Sequence record: PZ195126.1 | DNA from: a phage | DNA: 3,285 bases | Reading direction: 5' to 3' (one strand) | In this document: in pieces, positions 1 through 3,285 of the stretch | How the letters are laid out: every line of letters begins with the position of its first letter | How positions within the stretch are numbered: the stretch's first letter is position 1 | Made by a program: the position numbers and the translations under genes | Notes under the pieces: generated by a model | What the model saw: only the letters and a program-made list of their open reading frames with translations | Database searches by the model: none | Told to the model about the DNA's origin: nothing

Positions 1-50
1 ACCATGCCGTCAGGTTTAGGTGACGGTATATTCCATATACCGGAGGATCT
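1..50 (+). other. Partial 5' untranslated leader with a predicted stem-loop (stem 4-12 pairing with 21-29, 8-nt loop 13-20)
   Basis: No ORF consistent with the family layout; CCGUCA (7-12) is the exact reverse complement of UGACGG (21-26), and the stem extends to 9 bp with one G-U pair. Leader is shorter than the roughly 130 nt typical of MS2-like phages, so the 5' end is probably truncated. Confidence 0.5.
43..47 (+). promoter_or_regulatory. Shine-Dalgarno sequence (GGAGG) for the maturation gene
   Basis: GGAGG lies 3 nt upstream of the ATG at 51. Confidence 0.6.
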
Positions 51-1223
51 ATGTTTCCGAAGTCAAATATCGACAGAAATTACAAGGTTAAACTTATTTC
101 TTACGATAAGAAAGGGAATCTTGTTTCCGACGACTCTTTTGAGCAAGTCGAAAACTATCTCTTTCAAAATCGTTCGAATACGTATAAACCCGGTTATCTC
201 CGTCGCGACTTTCGAAGACCTACTAACTTTTGGAACGGCTATCGCTGTTTCAATCAGCCAGTTGGTACTTTCACTCGGAAACTCTCTGATGGTGGGAGAC
301 AAGTAGCTGATTATGGTATTGTGAACCCTAATAAGTTCACTGCCAATAGTCAGCACTTGGGGGACAACATGGTAATTTACCCTGGTCCCTTCTCTATAAA
401 TATTGATCAGCGTGCTTCTGTTGAAGTCCTCAATAAACTTTCACAATCCAACCTCAATATTGGGGTTGCGATTGCTGAAGCTAAGATGACTGCTTCATTA
501 CTCGCTAAACAATCTATAGCTCTCATCAGAGCCTACACTGCCGCAAGGCGCGGAAATTGGCGAGAGGTGTTTTCACAACTCCTCATCTCCGAACACCGTT
601 TCAGAGCTCCCGCTAGGGATCTCGGAGGTCGATGGCTCGAACTGCAGTACGGCTGGTTACCCCTTATGAGCGATTTGAAAGCCGCATATGATTTGCTTAC
701 GCAAACCAAATTGCCCGCTTTCATGCCCTTGAGGGTTACCCGTACCGTTGGCGGAACGCATAATTACAAAGTGCGTAACGTCGAATCTGCAGGGGATACT
801 TGGTCCTATAGCGATCGTTTGTCGGTGAATTACCGAATATGGTATTTCATTTCCGATCCACGTCTCGCATGGGCTAGTTCCCTCGGGCTTCTTAACCCTT
901 TAGAAATCTTTTGGGAGAAGACGCCCTGGTCGTTCGTTGTTGACTGGTTCTTACCTGTCGGTAATCTTATAGAAGCCATGAGTAATCCTCTTGGCCTCGA
1001 TATTATTTCCGGCACGAAGACCTGGCAACTCGAATCAAAACTTAATGCGACGCTTCCGGCTTCGGGTTGGTTTGGAACTGCAAAGTTATCTGCATATGCG
1101 AAAGCATATGACAGATCTACTTTCTATTCCTTCCCTACTCCTTTGCCGTATGTGAAGTCTCCACTTAGTGGTCTTCATTTAGCGAATGCATTAGCCTTAA
1201 TCAACCAACGCCTGAAAAGGTAA
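51..1223 (+). CDS. mat: Maturation (A/assembly) protein, 390 aa
   Basis: 390-aa ORF with TAA stop at 1221-1223. The translation contains blocks I recognise from the MS2 A protein (e.g. [62 protein letters not shown]...ALALI.QRL). First gene in the canonical levivirus order, with SD upstream. Confidence 0.95.
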   Translation: MFPKSNIDRNYKVKLISYDKKGNLVSDDSFEQVENYLFQNRSNTYKPGYLRRDFRRPTNFWNGYRCFNQPVGTFTRKLSDGGRQVADYGIVNPNKFTANSQHLGDNMVIYPGPFSINIDQRASVEVLNKLSQSNLNIGVAIAEAKMTASLLAKQSIALIRAYTAARRGNWREVFSQLLISEHRFRAPARDLGGRWLELQYGWLPLMSDLKAAYDLLTQTKLPAFMPLRVTRTVGGTHNYKVRNVESAGDTWSYSDRLSVNYRIWYFISDPRLAWASSLGLLNPLEIFWEKTPWSFVVDWFLPVGNLIEAMSNPLGLDIISGTKTWQLESKLNATLPASGWFGTAKLSAYAKAYDRSTFYSFPTPLPYVKSPLSGLHLANALALINQRLKR

Positions 1224-1227
1224 TTAC

Positions 1228-1231
1228 GGAG
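1228..1231 (+). promoter_or_regulatory. Shine-Dalgarno-like GGAG for the coat gene
   Basis: GGAG lies 8 nt upstream of the coat ATG at 1240, in the short intergenic gap after the maturation stop. Confidence 0.5.
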
Positions 1232-1239
1232 TTAGCCAT

Positions 1240-1632
1240 ATGGCAACTTTACGCAGTTTCGTACTCGTCGATAATGGCGGTACGGGGAATGTTACTGTCG
1301 TTCCTGTTAGCAATGCCAACGGCGTCGCTGAGTGGCTTTCTAATAACTCGCGCAGTCAAGCTTATCGCGTGACTGCCAGTTATCGTGCGTCAGGCGCGGA
1401 CAAGCGCAAATACACCATCAAACTCGAAGTGCCGAAAATCGTCACTCAAGTTGTAAATGGTGTTGAGCTGCCTGTCTCCGCATGGAAGGCTTATGCCTCT
1501 ATCGACCTGACCATCCCTATCTTTGCTGCAACCGACGATGTGACCGTTATTTCCAAGTCACTTGCCGGCCTGTTCAAAGTTGGGAACCCTATTGCCGATG
1601 CCATCTCCTCTCAGAGTGGCTTCTACGCGTAA
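1240..1632 (+). CDS. cp: Coat (capsid) protein, 130 aa including initiator Met
   Basis: ORF MATLRSFVLVDNGGTGNVTVVPVSNANGVAEWLSNNSRSQAYRV...GNPIADAISSQSGFYA is near-identical, from memory, to the phage GA coat protein and clearly homologous to MS2 coat (FVLVDNGGTG, ANGVAEW, SRSQAY, LTIPIFA, GNPI). TAA stop at 1630-1632. Confidence 0.97.
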   Translation: MATLRSFVLVDNGGTGNVTVVPVSNANGVAEWLSNNSRSQAYRVTASYRASGADKRKYTIKLEVPKIVTQVVNGVELPVSAWKAYASIDLTIPIFAATDDVTVISKSLAGLFKVGNPIADAISSQSGFYA

Positions 1633-1823
1633 TGGGTCTGAAAGCAAAACATAAGGAAAACCTATGTTCCGGTTCACAGAGATCGAAAAGACTCTATGTA
1701 TGGATCGCACTCGCGATTGTGCTGTCCGATTTCACGTCTATCTTCAGTCATTGGATTTGGGGTCTTCTGATCCTCATTCTCCGGACTTTGATGGACTTGC
1801 CTACCTTCGTGATGAATGTTTAA
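1632..1823 (+). CDS. L: Lysis protein (L), 63 aa, overlapping the coat stop and the replicase 5' end in a third reading frame
   Basis: ATG at 1632-1634 shares its A with the coat TAA stop (UAAUG). Product MGLKAKHKENLCSGSQRSKRLYVWIALAIVLSDFTSIFSHWIWGLLILILRTLMDLPTFVMNV has a basic N-terminus and a hydrophobic C-terminal segment containing an LS dipeptide, as in MS2-type L proteins. Position between coat and replicase matches the levivirus layout; 63 aa matches the GA lysis protein size as I recall it. Confidence 0.8.
   Translation: MGLKAKHKENLCSGSQRSKRLYVWIALAIVLSDFTSIFSHWIWGLLILILRTLMDLPTFVMNV
1648..1668 (+). promoter_or_regulatory. Coat-protein translational operator hairpin enclosing the replicase start codon
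   Basis: 5'-AACAUA-A-GG-AAAA-CC-UAUGUU-3': a 6-bp lower stem, one bulged A (1654), two G-C pairs, and a 4-nt loop AAAA (1657-1660). The replicase AUG (1664-1666) sits in the 3' arm. Architecture matches the MS2 operator ACAUGAGGAUUACCCAUGU (bulged purine, 2-bp upper stem, tetraloop). Confidence 0.8.
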
Positions 1824-3262
1824 CCAAACATCCTTCACTTGGAGACAGTAATTCGGACGCACGCCGTAAGGAATTGGCATATGCCAAACTTATGGATAGT
1901 GATCAAAGATGCAAAATCCAAAACAGTAACGGATACGACCACTCCCATATCGAGAGTGGCGTACTGAACGGTATACTCAAGACCGCTCAGGCCCTTGTGG
2001 CAAACTTACTTACGGGTTTTGAATCTCACTTCCTGAACGATTGTTCATTCTCCAATGGAGCCTCACAAGGGTTCAAGTTGCGGGATGCAGCGCCGTTTAA
2101 GAAGATCGCTGGGCAAGCAACCGTTACAGCTCCTGCTTATGACATTGCCGTGGCCGCCGTTAAAACGTGCGCGCCGTGGTATGCTTATATGCAGGAAACG
2201 TATGGCGACGAGACCAAATGGTTTCGTCGGGTGTACGGCAACGGTTTGTTTTCTGTTCCGAAGAACAACAAAATAGATCGGGCTGCCTGTAAGGAGCCTG
2301 ATATGAATATGTACCTTCAGAAAGGGGCGGGATCTTTTATAAGAAAACGCCTTCGTTCCGTCGGTATAGATCTTAACGATCAAACGTGCAATCAGGAATT
2401 AGCCCGACTTGGCAGCATCGATGGTTCACTCGCTACTATTGATCTTAGTAGTGCTAGTGATTCCATTTCTGACCGTCTCGTCTGGGATTTACTTCCACCG
2501 CACGTTTATTCATACCTCGCTCGTATCCGTTCGTCGTTCACTATGATCGACGGGCGTTTACATAAGTGGGGTCTATTTTCTACCATGGGTAACGGCTTTA
2601 CGTTCGAACTCGAGTCCATGATCTTTTGGGCTCTTAGCAAGAGTGTAATGCTGTCCATGGGTGTTACTGGCTCATTAGGCATCTACGGTGACGATATAAT
2701 CGTTCCTGTTGAATGTGCCCCGACCCTCCTTAAGGTATTATCCGCTGTGAACTTTCTTCCTAATCAGAAGAAAACATTCACAACAGGTTACTTTCGCGAG
2801 AGTTGCGGTGCTCATTTCTTTAAAGGTGCCGACATGAAACCTTTTTACTGCAAGCGGCCAATGGAAACCCTTCCCGATGTCATGTTGCTATGCAACAGGA
2901 TAAGAGGTTGGCAGACCGTTGGTGGAATGTCAGATCCGCGGCTCTTCCCGATTTGGAAGGAGTTTGCTGATATGATTCCGCCGAAGTTTAAGGGTGGATG
3001 TAACCTGGATCGCGACACTTACCTCGTTTCACCAGATAAACCTGGTGTCACATTGGTTCGTATTGCTAAGGTACGCTCTGGTTTTAACCACGCGTTCCCG
3101 TACGGTCATGAAAATGGCCGTTACGTCCATTGGTTACATATGGGATCGGGAGAAGTTCTCGAGACCATATCCTCCGCCAGGTTTAGGTGCAAACCTAACT
3201 CGGAATGGAGAACACAGATCCCTCTATTTCCTCAGGAATTAGAGGCCTGCGTTCTCTCCTGA
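1664..3262 (+). CDS. rep: RNA-dependent RNA polymerase (replicase beta subunit), 532 aa
   Basis: 532-aa ORF with TGA stop at 3260-3262. Contains the palm motif YGDDIIV (GDD at 2687-2695), an upstream acidic motif IDLSSASDS (D at 2441-2443) and an SxMGNGFTFELES motif (around 2579-2617). Size and position match levivirus replicases. Confidence 0.97.
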   Translation: MFRFTEIEKTLCMDRTRDCAVRFHVYLQSLDLGSSDPHSPDFDGLAYLRDECLTKHPSLGDSNSDARRKELAYAKLMDSDQRCKIQNSNGYDHSHIESGVLNGILKTAQALVANLLTGFESHFLNDCSFSNGASQGFKLRDAAPFKKIAGQATVTAPAYDIAVAAVKTCAPWYAYMQETYGDETKWFRRVYGNGLFSVPKNNKIDRAACKEPDMNMYLQKGAGSFIRKRLRSVGIDLNDQTCNQELARLGSIDGSLATIDLSSASDSISDRLVWDLLPPHVYSYLARIRSSFTMIDGRLHKWGLFSTMGNGFTFELESMIFWALSKSVMLSMGVTGSLGIYGDDIIVPVECAPTLLKVLSAVNFLPNQKKTFTTGYFRESCGAHFFKGADMKPFYCKRPMETLPDVMLLCNRIRGWQTVGGMSDPRLFPIWKEFADMIPPKFKGGCNLDRDTYLVSPDKPGVTLVRIAKVRSGFNHAFPYGHENGRYVHWLHMGSGEVLETISSARFRCKPNSEWRTQIPLFPQELEACVLS

Positions 3263-3285
3263 TNNNNNNNNGANNNCNCCNGACG
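3263..3285 (+). other. Start of the 3' untranslated region, mostly ambiguous bases (N)
   Basis: Sequence after the replicase stop is ctgatNNNNNNNNgaNNNcNccNgacg; the genuine 3' UTR (usually over 100 nt and ending in CCA in this family) is not present. Confidence 0.6.

Noticed and set aside
4-306. 100-aa + strand ORF starting at the ATG at position 4
   Set aside because: It overlaps the maturation gene out of frame and its ATG lies inside the predicted 5' leader hairpin with no SD. The maturation ORF at 51 has an SD and family homology.
63-356. Minus-strand ORFs from the track (63-356, 533-724, 830-1015, 1674-1880, 2063-2383)
   Set aside because: All lie antisense within the large + strand genes, are short, and lack recognisable domains. 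In a plus-strand RNA phage the minus strand is only a replication intermediate and is not translated.
1237-1242. CATATG (NdeI site) exactly at the coat start codon as a sign of an engineered cloning construct
   Set aside because: CATATG occurs five more times elsewhere in the window in ordinary coding context, and the surrounding sequence is a native-looking intergenic region with an SD; a natural occurrence is more likely.
1630-1641. Possible Qbeta-like read-through (A1) extension of the coat protein
   Set aside because: In the coat frame the UAA at 1630 is followed by another stop (UGA) after only three more codons, so no read-through domain is possible. This fits an MS2/GA-type phage rather than a Qbeta-type one.
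1482-1823. Longer 113-aa version of the lysis ORF starting at the ATG at 1482 inside the coat gene
   Set aside because: The N-terminal extension is cysteine/arginine-rich, out-of-frame coat sequence with no resemblance to L proteins. The internal ATG at 1632 gives a 63-aa product matching the expected size and the stop-start coupling, though the longer start cannot be excluded without experiments.
2055-2276. Out-of-frame + strand ORFs within the replicase gene (2055-2276 and 2994-3242)
   Set aside because: Short, embedded in alternative frames of the replicase, with no start context or homology; most likely chance ORFs.
1-3285. Novel defence system, CRISPR array, tRNA/rRNA gene or mobile element
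   Set aside because: No direct-repeat/spacer structure, no tRNA-like cloverleaf candidates, no transposase or integrase ORFs; the whole window is accounted for by the four phage genes and their UTR fragments.

Overview
This window is not a cellular DNA locus. It reads as a near-complete cDNA copy of a small plus-strand ssRNA bacteriophage genome (Leviviridae/Fiersviridae, MS2-like, F-specific coliphage). The coat protein and gene sizes closely match, from memory, the group II phage GA (maturation 390 aa, coat 130 aa including Met, lysis 63 aa, replicase 532 aa); I could not run an alignment to confirm this. All four genes are on the + strand in the canonical order: maturation (51-1223), coat (1240-1632), an overlapping lysis gene in a third frame (1632-1823), and the RNA-dependent RNA polymerase (1664-3262) with a YGDD motif. 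A coat-protein translational operator hairpin that encloses the replicase AUG is recognisable at 1648-1668. Both termini look incomplete: only 50 nt of 5' leader is present and the 3' UTR is replaced by N-containing low-quality sequence after the replicase stop. I see no evidence of a novel or undescribed system; the items worth a second look are RNA structure and overlapping-gene features typical of this family, plus a few small sequence oddities. Minus-strand and out-of-frame ORFs in the track are considered spurious.
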